Positions 48,688 to 58,659 of a DNA stretch of 64,000 nucleotides are shown here, piece after piece. Made by a program: the position numbers and the translations under genes. Source of the stretch: an uncultured Candidatus Saccharibacteria bacterium (GTDB lineage Bacteria > Patescibacteriota > Minisyncoccia > Phycocordibacterales > UBA1006); assembly GCA_964507625.1 (NCBI GenBank), contig CAZDPR010000003.1, forward strand, positions 15,101 through 79,100, written 5' to 3'. Below the pieces are notes generated by a model. That model worked only from the letters and a program-made list of their open reading frames with translations. It ran no database searches and was not told the DNA's origin. The first letter of the stretch is position 1. Each line of letters begins with the position of its first letter.

Positions 48688-48794
48688 AGAGATAGATTAA
48701 TAAGTGTTAAGTAATAAAGTGGAAAAGTAATACAGTGTGAAATTTTCAAGTTGAGAAACAACTTTTACAACTTTACTACTTGAATTACTGATGA

Positions 48795-49175
48795 TTATGT
48801 TTTTGACTCTTTACGTCGACCAGATGCCATAGTGGTTCGTTTGTTACCACGAACCGTTCGCGAATTTGTTTTTGTTCGTTGACCACGCGTAGGTAATCCT
48901 GCTGCATGCCGAGATCCGCGATACGAACGAATATCTTTCAATCGTTTAATGTTTTGACTCACCTCTCGTTTAAGATTACCTTCGAGTTTGAATCCTTCTG
49001 CAATTGTACGAATTGCATTTTCTTCGTCAGTAGTTAAATCTTTGATCTTTTTAAGAGGATCAATGTTTACTTGCTTGAGGATACTTTTTGCTCGAGACAA
49101 TCCAATACCATAGATTGCAGTGAGACCATATTGTGCCTGTTTATTATCAGGAAGTGTAATACCAAGAATACGCAT
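48795..49175 (-). CDS. rpsM: 30S ribosomal protein S13
   Basis: IYGIG, RGQRTKTN. Confidence 0.98.
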   Translation of the reverse strand: MRILGITLPDNKQAQYGLTAIYGIGLSRAKSILKQVNIDPLKKIKDLTTDEENAIRTIAEGFKLEGNLKREVSQNIKRLKDIRSYRGSRHAAGLPTRGQRTKTNSRTVRGNKRTTMASGRRKESKT

Positions 49176-49199
49176 ATGAGAGTGATAAAATAAAATTAA

Positions 49200-49313
49200 T
49201 TATTGACGCGCTTTGTGGCGTGGATTTTTTTTGTTAATACGGTACAAACGACCTTTTCGACGCACAATAATATCGTCTGCACTAATTTTTTTAATCGAAG
49301 ATTGCACCTTCAT
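49200..49313 (-). CDS. rpmJ: 50S ribosomal protein L36, zinc-free form, absent from the ORF track
   Basis: [37 protein letters not shown] between infA and rpsM. Confidence 0.93.
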   Translation of the reverse strand: MKVQSSIKKISADDIIVRRKGRLYRINKKNPRHKARQ

Positions 49314-49412
49314 ACAGTTAATTACCAGTTACTAAACAAGTAAACTGAAGATAAAGCTAATAAATAAAAGAAGTAATTCGCAATTAATTTGCCAAATATT
49401 ATTCTAGCATAA

Positions 49413-49628
49413 CTAAACACGTTTGACAATACGTCCCTTCCCTCCGTAAGGATCGAGGAGTACTTGTACAGTATCTCCGACCAAAACCTTAATTCGATGA
49501 AGTTTCATTTTCCCAGAAAGATACGCAATCATGAGCTCATTACCGTCTTTTGGTTGTACACGAAACATTGCATTGGGTAATGCTTCGACAACACTCGCAG
49601 TAATAATAGTTTCTTCATTGGTACTCAT
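49413..49628 (-). CDS. infA: translation initiation factor IF-1
   Basis: ALPNAMFRV..AYLSGKM..GRIV. Confidence 0.97.
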   Translation of the reverse strand: MSTNEETIITASVVEALPNAMFRVQPKDGNELMIAYLSGKMKLHRIKVLVGDTVQVLLDPYGGKGRIVKRV

Positions 49629-49679
49629 GAGGATATGACCAGCATAGCAAAATTTTTTAAATTGTCAAGAAAAACAACA

Positions 49680-50993
49680 TTATTTTGCAAAATGACGAAC
49701 TTCAATAGTAAATCGACTTTGTTTTTCAGGAACAGTGAATAACCATGGTGGTGTCACCTTGGTAGAAATATCAATAATTCCTGGTAATGTTCGTGTTTGT
49801 TTTACAATTTCTTTTACTTTTTCACCTGCAAATTGCTGTTGGAGCGAATCCTTTGCGACAGTGTACTGAGTAACTAATTGCCCTTTTATCAGTAAGGAAA
49901 AATCAGGTGTGCCAGGAGTACCTGAAAGAGCAAATGTTAGTTTTGTTTTTTCATAATTATTTTCCAGATTTTCTTGATCGCCAATAAAACGATTGGTTAA
50001 TTGATCGAATATATCTTGTTTTTTGAGCAAAACACCTTGAATAGTTCTTTTTCCAATAAAATGAATTCTTCCTTCTTTTATGTGTTCAGTAATTTCAATA
50101 GGTCCCACAGTAATTAAGTCTTCTGGTAAAATAAACTCAGACGGTGTTTGATTGATTAAATATTTTTGTGGATTACTCGCATCAAACTTTGACTGAATAA
50201 TCGTCCGTGCTAATAATCGTTCTGGCTCAGTAATCACCTGACGAGTTCCAATAAATCCTCCCTGAATTTCTCGAACCGTTCGGGCTGTCAATAATGGATA
50301 TGCAGGGAAAGTAAAGTCATCAAAACCAATATTTGACTCATCTCCTGGATTTTCTGCAACAATAACAACATCGCTACTGGCAGGTGTTTTAGTTGTTCCT
50401 GCGGGTATTCTTTTTTCTTGCTCAATAATAAATCGGGTTCCGTTAGTACTCACTACCACCGTTTGACGCGGTAATAATACCGACTGTGTTCCTGTATTAA
50501 TAATTTTAATAGTACCGGTAGCTTTTTCAGAAACAGATTCCTGAATTTCTGTAACCGGACTATGTTGGTATTCTTCAATAACCGTTGCGGTGTTATATCC
50601 CAATTGACCCCCTAACGGTTCTTCTGCAAGAGGAATTGTTTCTTCAATTTCTTGTGTTGATTCTGATAATGTAATTACCGTATGCACTTTCCCCACCGCA
50701 CTGGATAGTGTGAAAAATAATACCACTATCAATAATCCGACAACATACCATAAAAACCCTCCTCGAGTAGGTGTTTTTGATATTTCTGAACGATGATAAT
50801 TCGGCTGGTATTCTAATGTTTGTAAAATATGTTCCTGACGTTTTGTAATAACTGGTGATGAACTTTGTTTAATTGTATCATTTTTTTTAGAAGCAACAGA
50901 AATATCCTGTTTTTTTATAACAGGCTGACTTATTTTTTTCTTTACGACAATATCTTGTCCCACTTTACGTTTTCGTTGTTCCATATATGTCAA
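49680..50993 (-). CDS. single-TM protein with a baseplate-J-like beta domain
   Basis: KATGTIKIIN..GTRF..IP..VAENPG..N..GG pattern. Confidence 0.55.
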   Translation of the reverse strand: MTYMEQRKRKVGQDIVVKKKISQPVIKKQDISVASKKNDTIKQSSSPVITKRQEHILQTLEYQPNYHRSEISKTPTRGGFLWYVVGLLIVVLFFTLSSAVGKVHTVITLSESTQEIEETIPLAEEPLGGQLGYNTATVIEEYQHSPVTEIQESVSEKATGTIKIINTGTQSVLLPRQTVVVSTNGTRFIIEQEKRIPAGTTKTPASSDVVIVAENPGDESNIGFDDFTFPAYPLLTARTVREIQGGFIGTRQVITEPERLLARTIIQSKFDASNPQKYLINQTPSEFILPEDLITVGPIEITEHIKEGRIHFIGKRTIQGVLLKKQDIFDQLTNRFIGDQENLENNYEKTKLTFALSGTPGTPDFSLLIKGQLVTQYTVAKDSLQQQFAGEKVKEIVKQTRTLPGIIDISTKVTPPWLFTVPEKQSRFTIEVRHFAK

Positions 50994-51022
50994 AATAGAT
51001 ACTCATTATTTTCACTTTCTAT

Positions 51023-52189
51023 CTACTGAAAATTTTTAATAATAATTAAATCTATATCAGTAATTGATTCTCGATAATGATCAAAAATTGGATCAGTTGC
51101 TAAAAATTGCTCACTGTGCACGAATATCGTTTTTGGCGAACCAAAAATTAGTGCAAATGATTCCTTGTCCTGCCAGAGAGTATATACCATTTTAAAAAAT
51201 AAATTACGTTTGTTATCCCCAATCCAGATCGCCTGTTCTGCAGATAACCCTTCCTCTACCCATTGTTTACAAAATTTTTGTAACTGATATTCCCACTCCT
51301 GGTACACATCCATAAAAGATTTCTGAATTTTCTTTTCAATCCGATCATCAATGATTTTTTGTTGTACTAATGTAAGTAAACCTTGAATTTCATTTCTTGA
51401 AATATTGAGCGTTGTTTTAATCGCGTGTTCTAATTGGTAAAGTCCTATAGGAAATGTACCTACTGCACGAACGCCTTGTACATCAACCCAAAATAATTGA
51501 GTAAGTAGTCCCGATGGATACAATACTAAACTTGGGCTCGTAATAATACTAGTTAAATAACGAGCCGTAATTGATTGTATCGTATGATATGAAATATGAA
51601 GCATTTTTACTCGTAAATATTCATGAATCATTTTACCAACATAGGCAACAATTGCGGTATCAAAAAAACCGCTCATAATATCTAATCCAACTTCCTTGGT
51701 TTTTTTACCTTGCCAGTCAGTAACTGGGTGACCAGACAAAAATACTCCAATTATTTCAGGTGTTACAGTAGGGGTATGTAGTTTAGAATTAAAACCATAC
51801 TGATCAAGTCGAGTTGTAGTAATATCTTTCTGAAGTAACTCTTTCACCATACTGCGCGTTACGGTAAATGGTGTTTTTCGTTTATGAATAAGTCGTTTTA
51901 AAAATGAATGCGCCCATGGTTCTCCAATGATCACCTGCGCAGATTGTGGGTAGAGATTTTTTGTGATCAAAAGATTAATGAGAGATCGTGTAGTTCTGTG
52001 GAGTGCATCTACTAATTGTGTTTCCATTGGTCGCTCATCGTAACGAAACAATTCATATACTAATGATTGGTAAAAAATAATTACCCCAAAAGAATTTACG
52101 AGAGTTACCGAAGCACCTTCGCTATCAAACCTCCAATAAGAGGAAATTTTTTTATCATTTTTTTCTGTATTCGAAAAAAGAGAGAACAT
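51023..52189 (-). CDS. degenerate FtsA/PilM-like (actin-fold) hypothetical protein
   Basis: 388 aa; LVLYPSGLLTQL..TFPIG resembles the actin-fold phosphate-2 region; weak. Confidence 0.4.
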   Translation of the reverse strand: MFSLFSNTEKNDKKISSYWRFDSEGASVTLVNSFGVIIFYQSLVYELFRYDERPMETQLVDALHRTTRSLINLLITKNLYPQSAQVIIGEPWAHSFLKRLIHKRKTPFTVTRSMVKELLQKDITTTRLDQYGFNSKLHTPTVTPEIIGVFLSGHPVTDWQGKKTKEVGLDIMSGFFDTAIVAYVGKMIHEYLRVKMLHISYHTIQSITARYLTSIITSPSLVLYPSGLLTQLFWVDVQGVRAVGTFPIGLYQLEHAIKTTLNISRNEIQGLLTLVQQKIIDDRIEKKIQKSFMDVYQEWEYQLQKFCKQWVEEGLSAEQAIWIGDNKRNLFFKMVYTLWQDKESFALIFGSPKTIFVHSEQFLATDPIFDHYRESITDIDLIIIKNFQ

Positions 52190-52261
52190 AGTATCTATAG
52201 TATACTATATGAAGGTAATTTTATGCAAAAATAAAAAGAGGATAACTTCCTCTTTTTATTT

Positions 52262-54019
52262 TTATTCAATTACCGCTTTGATACGTCGCACTCCTGCACT
52301 ACTCGCTTCTTCTTTTTGAATTTTGAAACTTCCAATGAGTCCTGTGTGTTCGATATGAGGACCACCACAGAATTCTTTTGAGATTGCAGAATCCAAATCC
52401 TGTCCGATGTAATACACGGAAACCATATCAGGATATTTTACTCCGAATTCCATTTCTGCACCGATTTGTTCTGCTTGTTCTCGTGGCATTTCTACGCGTT
52501 GCATTGGTAGATCTTGTGCAATCCATTCGTTTACCAACTTTTCAACTTCAGCTTTTTGTTGATCAGTCATTTTTACATCATGACTAAAATCAATACGGAT
52601 ACGCTCATCGGTAATATTACTCCCCCGCTGGTGCACATGATTACCGAGAACTTGTCGGAGCGCTGCGAGTAATAAATGATGTGCAGTATGAGAACGAATA
52701 ATTTTGTCAGACGTACCACCTAATCCTCCTTTGAATTTTTGTTCTGCACCTGATCGAGATAATTCCTGATGAACTTTCATTTCTGCATCAAACTTTGCAC
52801 GATCAATAGTAATCCCCTTTTCAGCTGCGAGTTCCTCGGTTAGCTCGATCGGAAATCCATAGGTTGTTGCGAGAATAAATGGATCGGTTCCCTTTTCAAA
52901 TTCTTTGAGTCCAGAATCAAGTGTTTTGTAAAATTTTCTTTCTTCTTCAGAAAAAACATTTCCTATTTCAACTAAAACACTTTCACCTTGTAATTCTGTA
53001 TAAATATTTTTATAAATTTCAACTACCGCTGAAACTATTGGAAATAAATTGAAAGAACCTTTAGTTAAATTATACCCTCTCAAAATTGCACGACGCATCA
53101 ACCTTCTCAAAATATATCCTTGGTCTTTATTGTTTGGGCGAACTCCATCTAAAATCATGAATACAGACGTTCGAACATGATCTGCGATAATCCGCCTTGT
53201 TTTAATATCAATATTACTTGAAAAATTATCAATTCTTTCATTTATTAGCAAAAAAATATCTGTATCATACGCTGTAACTTTACCTTGCATTACTGCAGTT
53301 AATCGTTCTAATCCTGCGCCAGTATCCACATTTTTCTGCGATAATTTGCCAATGACTTTCCCATCTTTTTTCTCGTATTCCATGAATACATCGTTCCAAA
53401 TTTCAATGAATTTTTCTTGGTTAATAAGATTAAGAAAATTATCATGAGCAATTTGTTGCCCCACGTATTCTCCTCGCATGTCATAAAACATTTCACTACA
53501 TGGACCACAGGGACCATTATCACCTGGACTCCACCAGTTATCGTCTGCCGGTAGTGCATAGATACGATGTTCTGGAATTCCAAGTTTCATCCAAATGTCT
53601 TTTGATTCTTGATCATATGGCGCGTTTTCATCTCCTGCAAAAATAGTCACCGCGAGCCGTGCAGGATCAAGTCCGAGACCTTCATCTTTACTCGTTAGAA
53701 ATTCATAGCTCCATTTGATTGCATCATCTTTGAAATAGTCACCCAATGACCAATTCCCTAACATTTCAAAAAATGAAAAATGTCGATTGTCACCAATATC
53801 ATCCAAATCCCCTGTTCGTACACATTTTTGACATGATGCAAGACGTTTTCCCAGTGGGTGCGACTGTCCCATGAGATACGGTACGAGCGGTTGCATTCCC
53901 GCCGTATTAAATAATACCGACGGATCATTTTCTGGAACTAGTGACGCAGACGGTAAAATCGCGTGACCGCGTTGTTTAAAGAATTCCAAGAATCGAGATC
54001 GAATTTCTGATGATTGCAT
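52262..54019 (-). CDS. alaS: alanine--tRNA ligase, compact form without the C-Ala domain
   Basis: FNTAGMQ, FFEMLGNWS, DTGAGLER, editing HTAHH and EFCGGPH, GVRRIKA at the C-terminus. Confidence 0.97.
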   Translation of the reverse strand: MQSSEIRSRFLEFFKQRGHAILPSASLVPENDPSVLFNTAGMQPLVPYLMGQSHPLGKRLASCQKCVRTGDLDDIGDNRHFSFFEMLGNWSLGDYFKDDAIKWSYEFLTSKDEGLGLDPARLAVTIFAGDENAPYDQESKDIWMKLGIPEHRIYALPADDNWWSPGDNGPCGPCSEMFYDMRGEYVGQQIAHDNFLNLINQEKFIEIWNDVFMEYEKKDGKVIGKLSQKNVDTGAGLERLTAVMQGKVTAYDTDIFLLINERIDNFSSNIDIKTRRIIADHVRTSVFMILDGVRPNNKDQGYILRRLMRRAILRGYNLTKGSFNLFPIVSAVVEIYKNIYTELQGESVLVEIGNVFSEEERKFYKTLDSGLKEFEKGTDPFILATTYGFPIELTEELAAEKGITIDRAKFDAEMKVHQELSRSGAEQKFKGGLGGTSDKIIRSHTAHHLLLAALRQVLGNHVHQRGSNITDERIRIDFSHDVKMTDQQKAEVEKLVNEWIAQDLPMQRVEMPREQAEQIGAEMEFGVKYPDMVSVYYIGQDLDSAISKEFCGGPHIEHTGLIGSFKIQKEEASSAGVRRIKAVIE

Positions 54020-54072
54020 AATAACCCTACCCTATCATATTTTAAGAAACAAAAAAAGCACCAAAATGCTTT

Positions 54073-55866
54073 TTATATCAATCCCATTTTCTTGCAATCT
54101 TTTTCTAATTGTTTCAATTCCTTTTCCAATGACTGCAATCCTGTTTCCCAGAATTTTGAATCAGTGGTATCAATACCAATTTTTTTGAAAATATTTGCTG
54201 GGGTGTCAGATCCACCTGCAGATAAAAATTGATTAATTTTTTCAATAAAACTTTTGTCTTGCTGATATTTTTGGTACATTGCCGTACTAATTAATTGCCC
54301 ATACGCATAACTGTATACATAGAAAAATCGTCGCATGTGGGAATGCATAATCCAACCCAACCCATCCTGTTCTGTGAGTGTTACCGATTTACCCATATAT
54401 CGTTTTAAATATTTTACACGGATTTTTGAAATTTCATCAGCTGACAACATTCCATTTGTATACACTCCGTCATACATTTCTTGTTCAAATTGAAAATGGT
54501 TAATCTGTCGATGAATGGTCATGAATGCTTCCTGTAGATAATTAAATCGTTCGAACAACTGATCTTTCGCTGTCAACGTTGCGTACAATTCATCACGTAC
54601 AAAATTTTCAAATAACGTACTCGCTACTTCTGCGGTTGAAATTGGATGATCATGGTAGAGTACCCCTTGGTGTTTATTAGAATATTCTGCATGAATTGCA
54701 TGCCCCATTTCATGGGCCAGTGTCCGGACTGCATCAAATGTTTCATTCCAATTCAGTAGGATATAGGTCGGTCGCCCGTAATCACCCCAACAATACCCAC
54801 CACCTCTTTTTCCAGATCGAGAATATACATCAATCTGACCATTAATAAGAAAGGAATCAAAAATTGCACGGTATTCTGGGGAAACTTTTTCAAATGCACT
54901 CCGTACGATCTGCACCGCATCATCAAATGAGTATTTTTTATTCGTTGCATGCAAACTGATCGCCATATCATACGAACCTAATGTTTCTACCTGCATGAGT
55001 TTCTTTTTTAAGGTAAACAACTGATTAGTTAATGATTCATATTTTTTAACCGCATTCATTAAAGCAGTAAGTTCTGTAGGCGTATTTTGATAATCTAACA
55101 GAGTAGCTTCAAAAGGTTTTGTAAATCCTCGTAATGTGTCATCAATTTTTTTATTATTAATAACCGCATTCATTTCTGCTTCTGCAATTAATTGTATTGT
55201 TGCTAATTGTTCATATACCAAATCATGTAATTTTTTACGATCTGATTGTTTGTGAAGTGTAGCAATCATTCCAGACGCTTTAGTAATTGGCAATATTTCC
55301 CCCTTCCATTGTACGGTTAGTTTCCCAATTGCTTTTTCTGTCATGTCTGTCCAAAATTCATATGCAGGATTCCGCTTTAAGGAAAGTATTTTTTCTTCTG
55401 ATTCTGATAACTGATGTTTTGCAGCTATAAACAACCGCTCCAACATATATCGATATTTCGCAAAGCGACCATCTTTTACTACTTGCTCTTGAATTTCTTT
55501 TGGTAGTTTTCCTATTGCAAGTGAGTAAAAAATTGTTTCATTAAAAGCATGATTCAGTCGTTCCTGAGTTTTAGTAATCAATCCTGCCAGTTTTTGATTT
55601 CCACTGTCAACTTCTCGTGCTAATGCATAAAATACAAACGGATGTGCAGTAGAAATAGTTTCTTCAAATTGTTCATACTCACGGAGTGATACAAGTAGTT
55701 TTTCACTATTAGTAAAATCGGCACCTTTCCATTTTTTAGCAAATTTTTGACATTCCGATTCTACTAACTGAATATCTTGTTCAATTTTTGGGTCTTTTAC
55801 ATTTTTATACAACAATCCCAAATTCCATTCTGTTTTGTATTCTTTATTTTTTACTGGTTTTTTCAT
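54073..55866 (-). CDS. pepF: oligoendopeptidase F (M3B)
   Basis: TLAHEMGHAIH, AEVAS, FYVYSYAYG. Confidence 0.93.
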   Translation of the reverse strand: MKKPVKNKEYKTEWNLGLLYKNVKDPKIEQDIQLVESECQKFAKKWKGADFTNSEKLLVSLREYEQFEETISTAHPFVFYALAREVDSGNQKLAGLITKTQERLNHAFNETIFYSLAIGKLPKEIQEQVVKDGRFAKYRYMLERLFIAAKHQLSESEEKILSLKRNPAYEFWTDMTEKAIGKLTVQWKGEILPITKASGMIATLHKQSDRKKLHDLVYEQLATIQLIAEAEMNAVINNKKIDDTLRGFTKPFEATLLDYQNTPTELTALMNAVKKYESLTNQLFTLKKKLMQVETLGSYDMAISLHATNKKYSFDDAVQIVRSAFEKVSPEYRAIFDSFLINGQIDVYSRSGKRGGGYCWGDYGRPTYILLNWNETFDAVRTLAHEMGHAIHAEYSNKHQGVLYHDHPISTAEVASTLFENFVRDELYATLTAKDQLFERFNYLQEAFMTIHRQINHFQFEQEMYDGVYTNGMLSADEISKIRVKYLKRYMGKSVTLTEQDGLGWIMHSHMRRFFYVYSYAYGQLISTAMYQKYQQDKSFIEKINQFLSAGGSDTPANIFKKIGIDTTDSKFWETGLQSLEKELKQLEKDCKKMGLI

Positions 55867-55923
55867 ATACTCGATACTCTAGCATAAAAGTCTGTAAATT
55901 AAAAAACCAACGACACTGGTTTT

Positions 55924-56424
55924 TTAATTTCGGTCTTTTAATTCTTTTTCAAAACTTGGATCAGGAAATATTCGTAATCGAATTTTTCTTTCAATAAATG
56001 ATAGTGCGCCTAAAACAAAGAAAGTAAGGAGCGTTGCGAAAATTGCTTCTTTATATAAACCAAATCCTACCGCCATACCAATCGCTGCGCAGGTCCACAA
56101 CCCACTGGCAGTGGTCAAATTTTGTACTTTGTCATCTTTAAAGAAAATAAGTCCTGCCCCTAAAAATCCAATCCCTACAACTACCTGAGCCGCAACACGC
56201 AACGGATCAGTAATAAATTCACCACTTGCAAGAATATATGTATGGGTAACAATTTCGCTAATTGCAATGAATAAAGCAGAGGTCATGCTCACTAATGCAT
56301 AGGTACGCATCCCTGCAGTTTTATGAACAAGAATTCTTTCAAATCCAAGAAGTAATCCAAGTGTCATTGCAAGGGTTAATTTTAGAGCAATGGTAATAAA
56401 TTGGTAATCAAAAATTGTTTCCAT
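55924..56424 (-). CDS. MgtC/SapB family protein
   Basis: GFER..AGMRT, DPLRVAAQVVVGIGFLGAG, LTTA. Confidence 0.93.
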   Translation of the reverse strand: METIFDYQFITIALKLTLAMTLGLLLGFERILVHKTAGMRTYALVSMTSALFIAISEIVTHTYILASGEFITDPLRVAAQVVVGIGFLGAGLIFFKDDKVQNLTTASGLWTCAAIGMAVGFGLYKEAIFATLLTFFVLGALSFIERKIRLRIFPDPSFEKELKDRN

Positions 56425-56468
56425 AATAAATTCATTATACTATAGCAAAATAAAACAACAAGTATTAA

Positions 56469-57512
56469 TTAATACGGAAAAATATCAATTAATTCACCTG
56501 AATAATAAAATTCATGTGCTAAATCACCAAAAGTATATTGTTGTCCATTCACCGTAATTGGAGCACCTCCTGCTTGAGGATTAGGTTTTGGAATAGATCG
56601 ATTAAATCCAAGATTATAAAGCGTCGCTAATACTCCAGGATTTTTTGTAATATCATACCCAGCACGTTCCCATTGTGCAGCTACTTGTCGCATAAACAGA
56701 CCAACATATAAATAGGAATAATATGTATTTTTTGTGTCAGTAATTCGATTAAACCGTACATCCTCAGGATTTATTCCTGCAGGATACGATACCAGATTTT
56801 CCATAGATTTCCCTAAATAAAAAACTGAGTTTGGATTTTTTAAATTTTCATCAATACGAGCAACGGTTTCTGGTTTTAATCCAGCAATACCAAATGAAAA
56901 TTTGGATAATGATGCAAGAATTTTCAATGGCTCAAAATATTGTTTAAATGAATCTCGTGCATTAGTAAAAAATCGGAACTGTTCTCCAATAACACCACCT
57001 AATAATAATCGTGGTGAAATACCCGCATCACGAGCCGCCTGAATAATGTATTCCTGATCACGAGTAAATGCTGATTTCATAACTTCCCATTCAGCTGAAT
57101 CTGCCCATGCAAAAGCTGTTTTTGCAATTGGTTTTGTGTTTGGAACAATTGCTGTAGTGCACTGCTCCATTTCTGATATAAATTTTTTGTCACCCAAAAA
57201 ACGATTGCTAGCAGTACCGATCATTTCCTGAATGAGTGAAACATCTTGAGAAGTTTGCACTACAGAATAAATATTTCTAGCTGTTTCTGGGGCATAATTT
57301 GCGATCACATGAATTTTACATAAAATCATTGCACGAGTAATTTTACCATCCTGAGGCAATAATTGTGCAACATTACTCTGCAGTGATCGATTGCGCTCAC
57401 TGATTGTACCGCGAACATTTAATAATCCAAATTGCATGGCAATAAATACACTAAAAAACAGAAATCCAATTCCTGCAAAAATAATAAGTGTGATTTTTAA
57501 AAAGTGCGACAT
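56469..57512 (-). CDS. membrane-anchored lysozyme-like (SLT/DUF1402-like) protein
   Basis: ISPRLL..VIGEQ (candidate catalytic Glu), SFGIAGLK, LATLYNLG. Confidence 0.55.
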   Translation of the reverse strand: MSHFLKITLIIFAGIGFLFFSVFIAMQFGLLNVRGTISERNRSLQSNVAQLLPQDGKITRAMILCKIHVIANYAPETARNIYSVVQTSQDVSLIQEMIGTASNRFLGDKKFISEMEQCTTAIVPNTKPIAKTAFAWADSAEWEVMKSAFTRDQEYIIQAARDAGISPRLLLGGVIGEQFRFFTNARDSFKQYFEPLKILASLSKFSFGIAGLKPETVARIDENLKNPNSVFYLGKSMENLVSYPAGINPEDVRFNRITDTKNTYYSYLYVGLFMRQVAAQWERAGYDITKNPGVLATLYNLGFNRSIPKPNPQAGGAPITVNGQQYTFGDLAHEFYYSGELIDIFPY

Positions 57513-57518
57513 AAAAAA

Positions 57519-58607
57519 TTAACGAACAACACCACCGCCAATACATACATTATTTTCAAAAACAACAATGGATTGTCCAGGTGATACTGATTCTCTGGTT
57601 GTAATAGTTATTTGATAATCATTTGATTCTGATTTTTGGAGCATACATGGATATTCATTTCCGTGATATCGAATTTGTGCTGAATATATTTTTGCTAAAT
57701 CTGGCTCAATACGCCACACACAATCCTGTAATAAAATAACTGATTGATCAGATTTCTGTAGAGGAGTATGTGCAACAGTGAGTATATTTGCGGTGATGTC
57801 TTTTTTAATTACATAATACGGTGCGTCATCAGGGGTTTTTTTATGAATCGTAAACCCATGTCGCTCTCCTAATGTATATAACAACACTCCGTTATGTGTT
57901 CCAATAATTTCGCCAGATACATTCACTACATCACCCGGTTGTTTTGGTACATAATGATTCAAAAATTCTTTCATATCGACTTCACCAATAAAACAAATAC
58001 CTTGTGAATCTTTTTTTGCTGCAACAGGTATCATATAAAGCCATGCTAAAAAACGGGTAAATGATTTTTTAAAACCTCCAACAGGAAAGAGTATTTTTGC
58101 TAATTGTTCTCGATTGAGGGTCCATAAAAAATATGATTGATCTTTTGATTGATCAATACCTTTATAGAGATCTTTTTGATTCGTTTGTGCATAATGACCC
58201 GTAGCAACAAAATCCGCACCGTGTTTTAAAGCATAACGCAAAAAACCGCCGAACTTTACTTCTCGATTACACATAACATCAGGATTAGGAGTTCTTCCTT
58301 CTCGATATTCGTGAATCATATAATCAGCAACACCTTGTTTATATTCTTGTTCCAAATCAAGCTCAAGAAAAGGAATTTCTAAATGAGCACACACCCGCAT
58401 CGCATCTCTTCGTTCATCACGCCAAGTGCATTCTATCCAATCCGGTTGCCATGTCCGAATAAACACACCTGTTACATCGTATCCATATAATTTTAATAGT
58501 AGCGCAGATACACTAGAATCCACTCCACCGGAAACACCAACAAAAACCCGTTTTCCATTACCGGGCTTAATAATACACATCCAGAAATGCTTCAAAAAGG
58601 AAATCAT
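57519..58607 (-). CDS. mnmA: tRNA 2-thiouridylase MnmA
   Basis: SGGVDS, TPNPDVMCN, ATGHY, KDQSYF, DSQGICF. Confidence 0.97.
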   Translation of the reverse strand: MISFLKHFWMCIIKPGNGKRVFVGVSGGVDSSVSALLLKLYGYDVTGVFIRTWQPDWIECTWRDERRDAMRVCAHLEIPFLELDLEQEYKQGVADYMIHEYREGRTPNPDVMCNREVKFGGFLRYALKHGADFVATGHYAQTNQKDLYKGIDQSKDQSYFLWTLNREQLAKILFPVGGFKKSFTRFLAWLYMIPVAAKKDSQGICFIGEVDMKEFLNHYVPKQPGDVVNVSGEIIGTHNGVLLYTLGERHGFTIHKKTPDDAPYYVIKKDITANILTVAHTPLQKSDQSVILLQDCVWRIEPDLAKIYSAQIRYHGNEYPCMLQKSESNDYQITITTRESVSPGQSIVVFENNVCIGGGVVR

Positions 58608-58659
58608 ATTGCTACCATAACAGAAAATAGAAAATAAAAAAAGCGACCTATTCGATCGC

